The notes: generated from the letters alone by a model not told the origin. DNA of 63,911 nucleotides, filler included, from 8 parts of 8 records of this genome joined end to end with filler, not necessarily neighbours in it; one strand, 5' to 3'. Positions 1 through 10,816 are shown, counted from the first letter of the whole stretch. Made by a program: numbers and translations.

Positions 1-476
1 CTGTCAAACTTTTCGATACTGATATAATCGATTCCCACCAGCCCGACCCCTTTATGCACACACCAGTCCGCTCCCTTTTCACCCAAATAAACAAAGTTCT
101 CCTGAAACACGCAACTTTCAATTCGGTCTTCCGTGGAATTGCGGGTTTTAAAAAGGATCGCCTCACCGGGCCGGATATCCACGTTTTCCAGTTCCGCCCG
201 CTCAATTACCACACCGTTCCGAATAGGGACCACCCGTGCCGAAAGAATAAATTTTTCCACCGGGAACCGGTCGATGGTGTTACCGTTATTAAAGAAATGG
301 TAAGGCGCATCCATGTGGGTCCCGGCATGGGCACTCATGGTAATTCCGGAGAGATTACAAGCATCACCGTCTTGGAGGGTTTGCACCAGGGTCCGCCGGA
401 AAGGGGGATCTCCGGGGAAAACAATGGATTCATCGCCCAGTGAAACGGATATGTCATAGAGTTTTCCGTGTGCCAA
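1..476 (-). CDS. Cyclase family protein (kynurenine formamidase KynB-like), 3' end runs off the window
   Basis: Manual minus-strand translation from TTG at 476 (GGGGAG RBS upstream) gives KLYDISVSLG..FPGDPPF..SAHAGTHMDAPYHF..GEAILFKTRN..LVGIDYISIEKF, containing the HxGTHxDxPxH cyclase motif. Absent from the ORF track. Confidence 0.88.
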   Translation of the reverse strand, partial: MAHGKLYDISVSLGDESIVFPGDPPFRRTLVQTLQDGDACNLSGITMSAHAGTHMDAPYHFFNNGNTIDRFPVEKFILSARVVPIRNGVVIERAELENVDIRPGEAILFKTRNSTEDRIESCVFQENFVYLGEKGADWCVHKGVGLVGIDYISIEKFD

Positions 477-705
477 ATGTCATCTCCCCGCTCCAAAACT
501 ATAATGAAGCGGATATTGTGTGTCAAGGGGCATGAAAAACGGATATATCCATTGAATTCTTTCACGGATATGCAATCACCGACCACCCCCATGGCGGGTG
601 GCCGGTGATTGCAGAAAGGTTGAAAAAAGTGACGGCTCGTATTTTATCTTTTCTTGAGGTATAATCCCAAGACATTGGTAAAAATTCACCTGTGGGAGGC
701 ACAAA

Positions 706-1809
706 ATGAAGGGCTCCAATTTTTTTGATGTCATCGTGGTGGGAGCCGGGCCGGGCGGCGCGGCAGCGGCCAAACGATGCGCTGAAAATGGATTGAGCAC
801 ACTGTTGATGGAAAAAAAGGGACTGCCACGCGACAAGGTCTGCTCGGGAATGGTCATGGGGAAGTGGGCCTGTCAAATCATCGAAGAAGAATTCGGGGCG
901 ATCCCCGAATCGGTGCTTACGGATCCACCGTCCCTTTCGGGCCATCGCTTTTACGTTGGCGCGGCGGACACGCAAACGCTTAAATGGCCCACCGCTCTTT
1001 CATGGAGAAAGGACCTGGATTTCTGGATGGTTCAAGGCGCGCTGAAATCCGGGGTGATCATGAAGGAAGGGGTCAGAGTTTCCAGCGTAACACCCATAAA
1101 GGACGGCTGCCGCATTACCCTCCGGAAAAAGGCCAAGACGGAAGCGTTGCTTGCGCGATTCGTCATCGGGGCCGACGGGGCCGCTTCCGTGGTTCGCAGA
1201 TCCATATTCCCCGAGCTGAAAGTCCGTTTTTCGGGTCCCGTCCGGAAATATTACCGGGGAGCACTGGATCTTGAAAAAGACATCTTCCACTGGTTTTTTC
1301 CCAAAGGGCTTCCGCGGCCCCGGTTTAACGTGAATCACAAAGACCATGGTTTCCTCATCGAAGGCTCGGGGCTTCGGGAACTCCGCAAAGAAATCGGGGA
1401 GACCCTTTCCCGCTATGGATTTGATCCCGATGGCAAACCGGAATGGACAGACGGTTGCGCCATAGCGCTGTTGCACGATGAGCTATTGTCAGGGGTATTT
1501 AAACCCGCTCATAAAAACGTTCTGCTGACCGGCGATGCGGCAGGGTTGATTCTTCCCATTACCTTTGAAGGGATCGGCTCCGCTCTCAAGAGCGGAATCC
1601 TGGCAGCCGAAGCCGTTATCAACGGTTTTGACGATGGCAGCCAAACCGCATCTCTGTACCTCCAAAGCCTTCAACCCATGTTGGAAACCATCCGTCGACT
1701 CTGCCAAGTTCAGACTGATCTGAAGGCTGCATCCGAGGGGGGTGCAGAACCTTTGGCCAAGGCCCTGAAAGACGCTTACCGTGAGACCCTGACCATTCAG
1801 GAAACTTAG
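706..1809 (+). CDS. NAD(P)/FAD-dependent oxidoreductase, geranylgeranyl reductase family
   Basis: DVIVVGAGPGG Rossmann motif, PRDKVCSG, IGADGAASVVRR, LLTGDAAG..PITFEGI; GGGAGG RBS. Confidence 0.85.
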   Translation: MKGSNFFDVIVVGAGPGGAAAAKRCAENGLSTLLMEKKGLPRDKVCSGMVMGKWACQIIEEEFGAIPESVLTDPPSLSGHRFYVGAADTQTLKWPTALSWRKDLDFWMVQGALKSGVIMKEGVRVSSVTPIKDGCRITLRKKAKTEALLARFVIGADGAASVVRRSIFPELKVRFSGPVRKYYRGALDLEKDIFHWFFPKGLPRPRFNVNHKDHGFLIEGSGLRELRKEIGETLSRYGFDPDGKPEWTDGCAIALLHDELLSGVFKPAHKNVLLTGDAAGLILPITFEGIGSALKSGILAAEAVINGFDDGSQTASLYLQSLQPMLETIRRLCQVQTDLKAASEGGAEPLAKALKDAYRETLTIQET

Positions 1810-1988
1810 GATACTTTCAAAAGAAGAAATCGAATGCATTAAATGAAAACCATGGTAAACAATTGGAATGGAGGATGAAATGAAAGTACTCAATCTCTAT
1901 TTTTCTTCAACGGGGAAGACCGAACCGGGCCGATCTGGAAGAGGTCGCTGAAAAAGTGAAAGGCGTTCTTTTCGCTCATAAGACCCCT

Positions 1989-4052
1989 TCATCTGCCACC
2001 GGGTGTTCCAAAGGCCACGGTTCCGATAAAGCAGCCGCCCCCTGAGTCGTCCCCGCCTTGGCCGACATTGCCTTGAACCTCCGGTACAAAGAGGGCGAAG
2101 GACTGATCTCTGTCCCAACAGTATTCCGGAATAAAAGGAGGACGTTCGTTATTATCTTTGACTCCCTCCTGGACCGGCATTTGTTTGTAAGCACGCGGAT
2201 TGACATTGAAGCCCCAATATTTGAATTGATAATTCCCATCCAGCGGGAAATTCACTTGCGGGAACACCACCGTAAAACCCATCGATGTTTCATCCGTTGC
2301 ATAAACCCGGAAAGTATTTCGAGCCGCGACGCATCTCTGGCCACCTGGACCGCCGGTTATTTTAAATTGCCAATACCCCCCATGCCCTTCATCAATCACA
2401 TCATCAGTCCCCTTAAATTCCGTATACTTGATGGTCAAATCCTTCTGAACCGTGAGCGTATAACCGAATGTGTCGCTCGGGTTGCCGGCCGACAACCACT
2501 TGACAGCCCTGTCCTTAAAGGTATCCTTATCCGCCGGTACCGGCAGATCAGCCAGAATTTTCAATTTTTCAATGATGGCATACTGGACTTCCGACTCGCC
2601 GGCTTGCTCCATTAAGCTCCGCAGTTCGTATTCGTTTTCAAACTGAAATAAGTTACCCACTTTCGCATGGGGTAACGGTAAAGGGGATTTGTTCTCGAGC
2701 CCGGCGGTCATGGCGCTCCAGACACGGCTTTCCATATCCCACGCATAGTTCGTGTCATACAAGTCGAAAGTACCATTATGACTCGACGGACCATCAGGAT
2801 ATAGCCCCGCCGAGACGGGGGAAATGTCGTAATCCCAACCCGATACCGTGGCCATCGCACCGTCCTTCCATGTCATCTCCCCCGCCTCCAGGGTGGGCGG
2901 TTTGTTGCGCCAGAATATGAACCCCCGATTCCTAAAATGTTTTAAAAGCGCAACCGTGGTAATTTTTTTTGATTCTTTATATGTGTCCGCTATTTTCGAA
3001 CCATTATTTTGTGATACAAGCGTATTGAGGGTTTTAGAATAGCCGCCCTCATAGGATGCGAGTTCGAAACCCCTTATCACCAGCTTCCCTCCCCAACCAT
3101 AAGACCACTGGCTGTCAATCCCGGCGCCTATTTCAAATCCATTGGTTTTGATCTTCTCAAAATTCGGACCAAACTCCATCTTGGTTGTTGTTTCATCGCC
3201 GACATTCGTTGGGATGGCGGTAACAGGATACCCGAGAAATATCGCCATAACCTGCCTCCCCTTTTGATCGCACTCTTTCAAAGCTTCCCTTTTTTCCGGA
3301 GCGTATTGACTATAATCACCCGCAAGTGTCTTGGTCTCGGCTTTGGATTTCTTTACCCGGCCGATAAAGGCGTCGGTGGGGCTCCCTTGAGAAAAAAAAG
3401 TTCTCGCGGGTTCCGCTATAAACTGCCCATTTAGGCCCGCACCAAAAAACTCCAGATTTTTGGTCGATGGCTGTTGTCTGACCACCGGCCCCCGGCAATC
3501 GAATAGTATGGTCTGGCAGGTTCTAAACATATTGTTAACCCAGCCGCGCGGAACGTGACTATCCCGGCTGACCCACTTGCCAAAGCCCTGAACCCCCCGG
3601 ACATTCCCCACATAACCGAGACCTTTAAAACGCCTGTAACCGGGGTCATACTCAAAAGAGTGCCCAATGGTATGATTATTCCAGATATAGTTCGCAAAAG
3701 TTTGTTTTGGCTTCATGTATTGATAGTGCCCCTCAGCTTTGGCCCGTGCAGCCATTACATAATAAGCCCACGTGGGTTCCCCCCCTTCTCCGGAATAAGT
3801 ACCCAAAACAGACACTCCTCCGCCGCATATGCCGCCCCACTTGGTTTCCCAGGACTTTAAAGGGTCTGGATTTTGGCAATTTTTTTGGGGTCATAGCTCG
3901 CCAGGGCAGCATAGTTTACCCAAGGGCTTGCAGTTGTTCCGATATGAGACTTCTTAATGGGAAAACCATTCCCATCAAAACCGATGTTGTGGAACCATAT
4001 TTGACTCGCCACGCACCAAAAGTCCCCACTGGACCCATCATCCGTTCCCGGT
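1989..4052 (-). pseudogene. Large secreted-type protein with C-terminal CFI-box (GGGCFIGT) tail; 5'-truncated by an IS remnant and frameshifted at a T7 tract
   Basis: The 608-aa ORF ends GGDDSGGGCFIGTVAFG. An open frame continues upstream across the T7 run at 3880-3886 to about 4052, where it abuts transposase sequence. No signal peptide remains. Confidence 0.6.
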
Positions 4053-4559
4053 GGCCGCCCCCAGCATCTGTTGGTAATAGGTAATTTCGCCTGTCTTTTT
4101 CCCTACTTTTTCCAAGCAATTATCAGAGAAAATTTTCTTTGAGGAAAAGTAGCCTGTTCCGTCCAAAGATAACAGATAACATCCCTGGAAGAAAACCACA
4201 GGCTTGAGGGCTTTTCCTCTTTGCAGTTCTCGAAAAACATTCTTATACGCAGGCCGGATTTCTTCGGAATCTGCCATTGAGATATCGACATCACCCTCAC
4301 GTCAGTCCGATACTCTCGAGAAGCTAGCTTGCTTTTTTTGTTGGCTTTGATGTTTCATGATTTTTATGGGGACTAATCATGAACCATCGTTTTTATAATG
4401 TTCAGAATTTTCTTATTTTATGTGCAGTTTGGGCTCTTTGTTTTGAAAAAAACTTCATAAAGCGATTCTCAGCTATGTTTCGAGCCAAAGCTTCACGAAA
4501 AGAAGAAAATCTCAAGATACACTGATATTGGGCCTTTCAGCGGTAAGCGGGAATTGCTG
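4053..4559 (-). mobile_element. Degenerate IS remnant (DDE transposase N-terminal fragment plus left end)
   Basis: Fragment IRPAYKNVFRELQRGKAL..YLLSLDGTGYFSS..TYYQQMLGAA resembles a Desulfobacterota DDE transposase (first catalytic D in LDGTG). Putative IS end CAGCAATTCCCGCTTACCG at 4559-4541 is recognised from memory. Confidence 0.7.
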
Positions 4560-4840
4560 TTGTGAGTAGAGGGTACATTGAACTGATTGAAAATATTTTA
4601 CCCTATGAACGCACCATGATTCACACAAACTGATTTCCGGGTTTAGACACCTTGCATGTGGGATATCTAATTTTCATATTGTTGTAAAAATTAATTGATT
4701 CAGATGCATTGGCTATCTATAATGAATCCATCATGTCTGAATCACTTTGAAAACGGGTCGGTTAACGAAATTCCTCCCAGGAATTTTTTCCCGGAAACGT
4801 TTAGTGCTCAAGCGCTCAGATTTCAAAGGAGGAATAAATT

Positions 4841-5053
4841 ATGATCCCCAATAACATACAAAATCTTTCAATAAATGACAGATTACAACTGGTTGAGGAT
4901 ATATGGGACAGCATTGCCGCGGATCAGGCGATTTTGCAGATAACGGACGAACAAAAGGCTGAGCTTGATCGACGTTTGGATGCTTACTTGTCGAACGGAT
5001 ACAAAGGTCGTGAAGCGGGTGAAGTGATAGCCGATATTCGGAAACGTCTGTAA
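4841..5053 (+). CDS. Addiction module antitoxin (TIGR02574-like)
   Basis: LSINDRLQLVEDIWDSI..EQKAELDRRLDAY; directly upstream of a RelE/ParE gene; AGGAGG RBS. Confidence 0.88.
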   Translation: MIPNNIQNLSINDRLQLVEDIWDSIAADQAILQITDEQKAELDRRLDAYLSNGYKGREAGEVIADIRKRL

Positions 5054-5055
5054 TT

Positions 5056-5346
5056 ATGATGTTATACATTCGGCCGGAAGCGGAAGTAGATATTGAAGAA
5101 GCTGCAACGTGGTATGAAAAACAAAATAAAGGCCTGGGGCATGAATTCCTTGATGAAGTTGAAAGAACGTACAAAAAGATCTTGGAAAACCCCGATTTAT
5201 ATCCTGTGGTTCATCGAGACACTCATCGCGCCTTGATTCATCGATTTCCCTTTGGCATCTATTATCGAATTGAAAAAGGAGTCATCGTAATCATCGCTGT
5301 TATGCATGGCAGCCGTAACCCAAAACGATGGCAGAAAAGAACATAG
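5056..5346 (+). CDS. Type II TA toxin, RelE/ParE family
   Basis: IRPEAEVDIEEAATWYEKQ..GLGHEFL..RFPFGIYYRI..IIAVMHGSRNPKRW. Confidence 0.9.
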   Translation: MMLYIRPEAEVDIEEAATWYEKQNKGLGHEFLDEVERTYKKILENPDLYPVVHRDTHRALIHRFPFGIYYRIEKGVIVIIAVMHGSRNPKRWQKRT

Positions 5347-5505
5347 CCCGGCGGTGATCTGTTTACCTTAATATCATTCATCACCCCATATCTGCAAAAT
5401 CGTCTCCGACAACCAACCGAAAATACTGATTATCAGCGCGGATCACTGGCTTTCACTGCTGCCTTGAGGCTTGCCGAAAAGGGAAGCACTTTTACTTAGG
5501 GCACA

Positions 5506-5605
5506 NNNNNNNNNNNNNNNNNNNNNNNNNNNNNNNNNNNNNNNNNNNNTTAATTAATTAANNNNNNNNNNNNNNNNNNNNNNNNNNNNNNNNNNNNNNN
5601 NNNNN
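5506..5605. other. Artificial contig spacer
   Basis: 100-nt N run containing TTAATTAATTAA. Confidence 0.98.
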
Positions 5606-7285
5606 AACTATCTGACCAGCGCCGTTGAACTTCAAATTAAAATGGCCCAGGGCGCCAAACCGGGCGAAGGCGGGCAACTACCCGGTGAAAAGGTTTACCC
5701 CTGGATTGCCAAAACCCGCCACAGCACCCCTTACGTGGGGCTGATCTCCCCCCCTCCCCATCATGACATCTATTCCATTGAGGACCTGGCTCAGTTGATC
5801 TACGATCTCAAATGCGCCAATGCCGCCGCCCGCATCAACGTCAAACTGGTTTCCGAGGTGGGGGTGGGCACCATCGCCGCAGGCGTGGCAAAAGCCGGGG
5901 CAGACGTAATTCTCATCAGCGGAGAAGTGGGCGGCACCGGTGCTTCGCCTCTCTCTTCTATCCGATATGGTGGTCTGCCCTGGGAGCTGGGACTCAGCGA
6001 AACCCAGCAGACCCTTGTACAAAACGGGCTCCGGGATCGTGTGGTTGTGGAGTGCGATGGCCAGCTTAAGACCGCACATGATGTAGCCGTGGCTTGCCTT
6101 ATGGGCGCCGAAGAGTTCGGTTTTGGGACCATCTCCCTGGTGGCTTTGGGGTGCATAATGATGCGGGTCTGCCATCTCAACACCTGCCCTGTGGGCATCG
6201 CCACCCAGGATCCGGAATTGAGAAAAAAGTTTGCCGGAAAACCGGAACACCTGGTGCATCTGATGCAATTTATCGCAGAGGACTTGCGGGAGATCATGGC
6301 CCGGCTCGGCTTTCGAACGATTGATGAAATGGTAGGACGCACGGACCATCTGCAACTCGGGGCTGCCATGAACCACTGGAAAACGCAGGGACTGGACCTG
6401 ACCCCCATCCTCAATCGGCAAAAGACACCATCCCACATCCAGCAGTTGTGCATTCCCAAGGGATTGATGGACGACACAGACGAACCGCCCGACAAGAGTC
6501 TGATCCTACGGGCCGCTCCGGCCCTGGACGATGCAAAGCCGGTTACCCTTCAACTGCCCATTACCAATGTGCAACGTACGGTGGGCACCCGACTCAGCCA
6601 TGAAATCGCCAAACGCAACGGGGATCGAGGACTGCCGGAAGATACCATCCGGATCGAGGCCGAAGGCAGTGCCGGGCAAAGCTTTTTCGCATTCGGCGCA
6701 CCGGGAATCACCGTTCACGTCAAAGGAGACGCCAACGACTACTTCGGCAAAGGACTTTCCGGCGCAAAACTGGCCATCCAACCGCCGGGCCAATCCTCCT
6801 TTGTCCCGGAAGAAAACATCATCATCGGGAACGTGGCGCTTTACGGTGCGACCTCCGGCAGGGCCTATATCCGTGGCCTGGCCGGTGAGCGATTTTGTGT
6901 CCGAAACAGTGGGGCCGTAGCCGTCGTGGAAGGGGTTGGCGACCACGGCTGTGAGTACATGACCGGGGGATGCGTCGCCGTGCTGGGCAAAACAGGACGG
7001 AACTTTGCAGCCGGTATGAGCGGTGGTTCAGCCTTTGTATGGGATGATGCGAAGAAAAGCTTTCGCCAATTCTGCTGCAACCTGGAATCGGTGGACCTGG
7101 ACCCGGTTGAAGGAGAAGACGAAATGAAATTGATCCGGCTCATCCGGGAGCATTTTCAGGCAACCGGAAGTACGGTTGCCCATCGCCTGCTTCAACAGCC
7201 CGACTCCATTGCCGAACAATTCGTCAAGGTGATGCCCAAAGAGTATAAAAAGGCGCTGGCCAGGCTGGCAGCCGAAGGAGAATAA
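5606..7285 (+). CDS. gltB: Glutamate synthase large subunit, C-terminal part (5' truncated)
   Basis: [34 protein letters not shown], [15 protein letters not shown], and the GXGXG C-terminal domain. Confidence 0.97.
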   Translation, partial: NYLTSAVELQIKMAQGAKPGEGGQLPGEKVYPWIAKTRHSTPYVGLISPPPHHDIYSIEDLAQLIYDLKCANAAARINVKLVSEVGVGTIAAGVAKAGADVILISGEVGGTGASPLSSIRYGGLPWELGLSETQQTLVQNGLRDRVVVECDGQLKTAHDVAVACLMGAEEFGFGTISLVALGCIMMRVCHLNTCPVGIATQDPELRKKFAGKPEHLVHLMQFIAEDLREIMARLGFRTIDEMVGRTDHLQLGAAMNHWKTQGLDLTPILNRQKTPSHIQQLCIPKGLMDDTDEPPDKSLILRAAPALDDAKPVTLQLPITNVQRTVGTRLSHEIAKRNGDRGLPEDTIRIEAEGSAGQSFFAFGAPGITVHVKGDANDYFGKGLSGAKLAIQPPGQSSFVPEENIIIGNVALYGATSGRAYIRGLAGERFCVRNSGAVAVVEGVGDHGCEYMTGGCVAVLGKTGRNFAAGMSGGSAFVWDDAKKSFRQFCCNLESVDLDPVEGEDEMKLIRLIREHFQATGSTVAHRLLQQPDSIAEQFVKVMPKEYKKALARLAAEGE

Positions 7286-7289
7286 AACC

Positions 7290-8750
7290 ATGGGAAAACC
7301 CACGGGATTCATGGAGCACGATCGGGAACTGCCCGGGAGGCGGCCAGTGAAAGAGCGGGTCGGAGATTTCAAAGAGATCTATGAACCTTTTCCGATGGAG
7401 AAACTTAGAAATCAGGCGGCCCGCTGCATGGACTGCGGCGTGCCTACCTGCCACGCCGGCTGCCCCTTGGGGAACCAAATTCCGGACTGGAACGACGAGG
7501 TTTACCAGGACCGCTGGAAAGACGCCTTCAAACTGTTAATGGCCACCAACAACTTTCCTGAATTTACCGGCCGGCTCTGTCCAGCACCCTGCGAAGAGGC
7601 GTGTGTATTGTCCATCAACGCACCGGCTGTTACCATCGAAGAGATCGAAAAAACCATCATCGAACACGCCTTTGAAAACGGGTGGGTCCTGCCCGAGCCC
7701 CCCAACGAGAGAACGGGTAAACAAGTTGCCGTTATTGGGTCCGGTCCATCCGGCCTGGCCTGCGCAGCCCAGCTCAACTGCGCAGGGCACCGCGTGACCG
7801 TGTTTGAAAGAGACGAAGAACCCGGCGGGCTTTTGCGCTACGGGATCCCCGATTTCAAGCTGGAGAAAAAGGTGGTGGACCGACGCCTGGATCTGATGAA
7901 AAAGGAAGGGGTCCTTTTTAGAACCGGCATTCACGCCGGTGTGGACCTGGCAGGCGCATCCCTTTGCAACGATTTCGATGCCATCGTGCTCTGCTGCGGT
8001 GCCACAACCCCCAGGGATCTTCCTGTTCCAGGGAGGAAAATGGACGGTGTTCACAATGCCATGGAATTTCTCACCAGCCAGAACCGGGTTGTTGGAGGAG
8101 AATCAGCATCATTGGTTGTGGAAGCGAAAGGGAAAAATGTCATCGTAATCGGCGGCGGGGACACGGGAAGTGACTGCATCGGAACCAGCCACCGCCAGGG
8201 AGCGGCCTCGGTTGTCAATTTCGAACTTCTACCCCAACCAACAAAAGAGCGACCGGATGCCCAGCCCTGGCCTTTCTGGCCCATGCGCCTTCGCACCAGC
8301 AGCAGTCATGAAGAGGGCGGCAACCGCCACTGGAGTATTCTCACCAAACGCTTCATTGGTGAGAATAACAAGGTGAATGCCCTGGAGACCGTTGAAGTAA
8401 AATGGATCGAACAAGATGGACGACCGATCCGGTTCGAAGAGATTCCCGATTCCCATAAAATCTGGCCGGCGGATCTGGTGCTGCTGGCTCTGGGATTTAC
8501 TGGGCCGGAAGCAGACACCGTCGTTGCGCAGCTGGACCTGGCTCTGGACGAACGGGGAAATATCAGCACCGGCAACGACTACATGACCGGCCGCCCCGGT
8601 ATATTTGCCGCCGGTGATGCCCGCCGGGGCCAGTCTTTGATTGTCTGGGCCATCTCGGAAGGCAGGGAGGCGGCCAGATACGTGGACCGTTTTCTCATGG
8701 GACGAACCGAACTGCCCGAAAAACCCTGTTGTGACCTTACGAGGGAGTAG
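7290..8750 (+). CDS. gltD: Glutamate synthase small subunit
   Basis: MGKPTGFME, RCMDCGVPTCHAGCPLGN, GSGPSG, GGGDTGSDC, GDARRGQSLIVWAI. Confidence 0.97.
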   Translation: MGKPTGFMEHDRELPGRRPVKERVGDFKEIYEPFPMEKLRNQAARCMDCGVPTCHAGCPLGNQIPDWNDEVYQDRWKDAFKLLMATNNFPEFTGRLCPAPCEEACVLSINAPAVTIEEIEKTIIEHAFENGWVLPEPPNERTGKQVAVIGSGPSGLACAAQLNCAGHRVTVFERDEEPGGLLRYGIPDFKLEKKVVDRRLDLMKKEGVLFRTGIHAGVDLAGASLCNDFDAIVLCCGATTPRDLPVPGRKMDGVHNAMEFLTSQNRVVGGESASLVVEAKGKNVIVIGGGDTGSDCIGTSHRQGAASVVNFELLPQPTKERPDAQPWPFWPMRLRTSSSHEEGGNRHWSILTKRFIGENNKVNALETVEVKWIEQDGRPIRFEEIPDSHKIWPADLVLLALGFTGPEADTVVAQLDLALDERGNISTGNDYMTGRPGIFAAGDARRGQSLIVWAISEGREAARYVDRFLMGRTELPEKPCCDLTRE

Positions 8751-9223
8751 TGCTTATGGTTTATGATAAAGTGATTGGACTATTAGAGAATACCGGGCCT
8801 GTTTATCAACTTCACGATCATCCGGTGGTCACGACAATCGACGAAGCCAATAAAAAGGTTCCGCACCTTACCCACAATCTTCTGAAAACGGTGGTCTTCA
8901 AAATAAAAGGGGCCGACTGGATTTTGGCTGCCGTCAAAGGAGATGACCGCATTCACTATAAAAAACTGGCCGATGCCGTGGGCGTCAAACGCACGCAGCT
9001 ACGATCCATCTCACCCGGCCAGGTGGAATCTGAACTGGGGTTTGAAATCGGCGGAGTCGGCCCCTTTGCCGTTCGAAAAGACATCCGGGTCGTTTTTGAT
9101 GCATCGCTCAAAGATCTGGGAAAGGTCTTCTGCGGAAGCGGAAGAAACACCCGTACCGTAGAAATGGATGCGAATAATTTGATTTCACTCTCGAATGGAA
9201 TCGTATATCCAATCTGCAAATAA
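8750..9223 (+). CDS. YbaK/EbsC family aminoacyl-tRNA deacylase
   Basis: LLKTVVFK, GFEIGGVGPF, VFCGSG; start overlaps the gltD stop. Confidence 0.85.
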   Translation: MLMVYDKVIGLLENTGPVYQLHDHPVVTTIDEANKKVPHLTHNLLKTVVFKIKGADWILAAVKGDDRIHYKKLADAVGVKRTQLRSISPGQVESELGFEIGGVGPFAVRKDIRVVFDASLKDLGKVFCGSGRNTRTVEMDANNLISLSNGIVYPICK

Positions 9224-9230
9224 AAATTAA

Positions 9231-9518
9231 ATGATGAACAAAACCGACTACACCATACTGATTTTCATGGGAATCGCAGCCGTTATCTCCGCGGGTTCGT
9301 TTTCCACTATCGTCCGAACCCTGTACGACAAAGGCCTGGCCAATCCCAAAGATCGCAAGCCCGATATCCTTTCTTTTTACAGGTCCTACATGGCACACAC
9401 GAAAAAGCAGACCGGCAGGTTTGGAAAAGCGTTCTGGATCCACACTGTTTCCGCAGGCATGTTCATTCTCGTTGGTGTCGGTTACACGATTTATCGATGG
9501 GTACTCCCGCTATTGTAG
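9231..9518 (+). CDS. Small two-TM hypothetical membrane protein
   Basis: Two hydrophobic segments; operon-like spacing after ybaK. Confidence 0.65.
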   Translation: MMNKTDYTILIFMGIAAVISAGSFSTIVRTLYDKGLANPKDRKPDILSFYRSYMAHTKKQTGRFGKAFWIHTVSAGMFILVGVGYTIYRWVLPLL

Positions 9519-9623
9519 AACATGGGAAAAGGGTCGGATACAACTAAATGCTGGGATCGTTCTTTGCGTAATTCTGGATAGACAACCCAGAAAAGTTGAC
9601 ATGTAAACTCCGCAACTGTATTT

Positions 9624-10598
9624 TTATTTCGTTCTTCTCTTTAGGACATCGAGAAATCTTAAAAAGGGCGACCACCTCTCTTCTTTCACTTTAATTTTTT
9701 CTTTTTCACCAAACAAAAGATTCCAATGCTTGAAATAAGAATTGGATGATAGATACCTGAAGTATATATCATTCGCATTCTTCTGCATGTCGACGTGTCT
9801 GCCGGAATGAAAAACGGTTTTTACTTTTTTCACACAATCCAACACACTCTTTCCGATGATTGCAATTTCCTTCCAATCGATATCCCGTTCAAATGGAAGT
9901 TTCATGTCGGTGTCTACCATTACAGGGATTCTTCCAGCTGATAGGGTTTGAAAAAACCGCATAGAAAAATTCCCTTTGCCTCTAGGAGCTATCGTAAAAT
10001 GGTTTTCTTGGATATTCGTGTTGAACTCTTTGATAAGCAACGGGTCATGGGGTTTCCCACCCCAAAATTCATTCCTCTTAATGAAGTTGGTTTGTATACC
10101 ATCTTCCTTTTCAAATACCTCTATAATTTTCCTTCTGTATTTGGTTACCAGGCCACAAAAACCGACCTTGGGCACATTGTTCGTTTTTAGGACATGGAAA
10201 GCTCTCGGGAGAGATTCGAAATTGTAGGGAATAGCGATTTCATTTTTTCTCTGCCTGGATGCGCGAAGGCTTGTCCGGAACAAAAAAAGATTATCATAAT
10301 ATTTATAATGGAACTCATAATCATTTATGAGTAATACCAGCACGGTTTTGTCGAATTTTTTATATTTATTTGAAATTTGTTGCAGCCGATTAGGAATATC
10401 CACTTCATTATTTAAATATGTGGGATAGAAAATAAAATCGCAGTCGATTACATCGGCTGGAACAAAATTGCCACTAAGAAAGGATGTCACAACATGATCG
10501 GGCGAAGAGGGTAGATGAAGTCTGAAAGGCAGCTGAATATTTGACAAAATTCCCGTCATCCTCCAGATAGGGAGCCAAGATAGTAAATTAATAAACAT
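9624..10598 (-). CDS. Exostosin-like (GT47-type) glycosyltransferase
   Basis: PKVGFCG, HFTIAPRGKGNFSMRFFQTLSAGRIPV..LPFERDIDW match the exostosin C-terminal signature; start uncertain (possibly 10559). Confidence 0.75.
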   Translation of the reverse strand: MFINLLSWLPIWRMTGILSNIQLPFRLHLPSSPDHVVTSFLSGNFVPADVIDCDFIFYPTYLNNEVDIPNRLQQISNKYKKFDKTVLVLLINDYEFHYKYYDNLFLFRTSLRASRQRKNEIAIPYNFESLPRAFHVLKTNNVPKVGFCGLVTKYRRKIIEVFEKEDGIQTNFIKRNEFWGGKPHDPLLIKEFNTNIQENHFTIAPRGKGNFSMRFFQTLSAGRIPVMVDTDMKLPFERDIDWKEIAIIGKSVLDCVKKVKTVFHSGRHVDMQKNANDIYFRYLSSNSYFKHWNLLFGEKEKIKVKEERWSPFLRFLDVLKRRTK

Positions 10599-10695
10599 CG
10601 ATATACACGGCTGTGATTATAATACATCTGAAGCAACGTTAATGTCAAAGCCCACAATCATAAAAAGTAACTTTTAGGCCATTTTGGCTAAGGTT

Positions 10696-10816
10696 ACCCC
10701 AACGTTGCGAAAGCCAGAGGGATTCAGAGCCAAGGCGCCAAGGGTGCGGCCGCAGTAGTTTACTGCAATCCTTTGGCAACGCCAGCTCTGTATTCCTCCG
10801 GCTTTCCCGCAAGGGT
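10696..10816. repeat. Long imperfect multi-stem palindrome (REP/MITE-like or structured RNA)
   Basis: Nested pairs TTGCG/CGCAA, AAAGCC/GGCTTT, CAGAGC/GCTCTG, GGCG/CGCC, GCAGTA/TACTGC. Confidence 0.6.

Noticed and set aside
54-592. ORF-track entries 54..443(+) and 335..592(-)
   Set aside because: Shadow frames of the real cyclase gene on the minus strand (<1..476).
4790-5360. Possible integron-cassette origin of the TA pair (CGTTTAG upstream, AGAACATAG at the toxin end)
   Set aside because: No proper RYYYAAC/GTTRRRY pair or attC palindrome could be found.
5678-8575. Long antisense or alternate-frame ORFs over gltB/gltD
   Set aside because: Typical shadows of GC-rich coding sequence, with no motifs or RBS.
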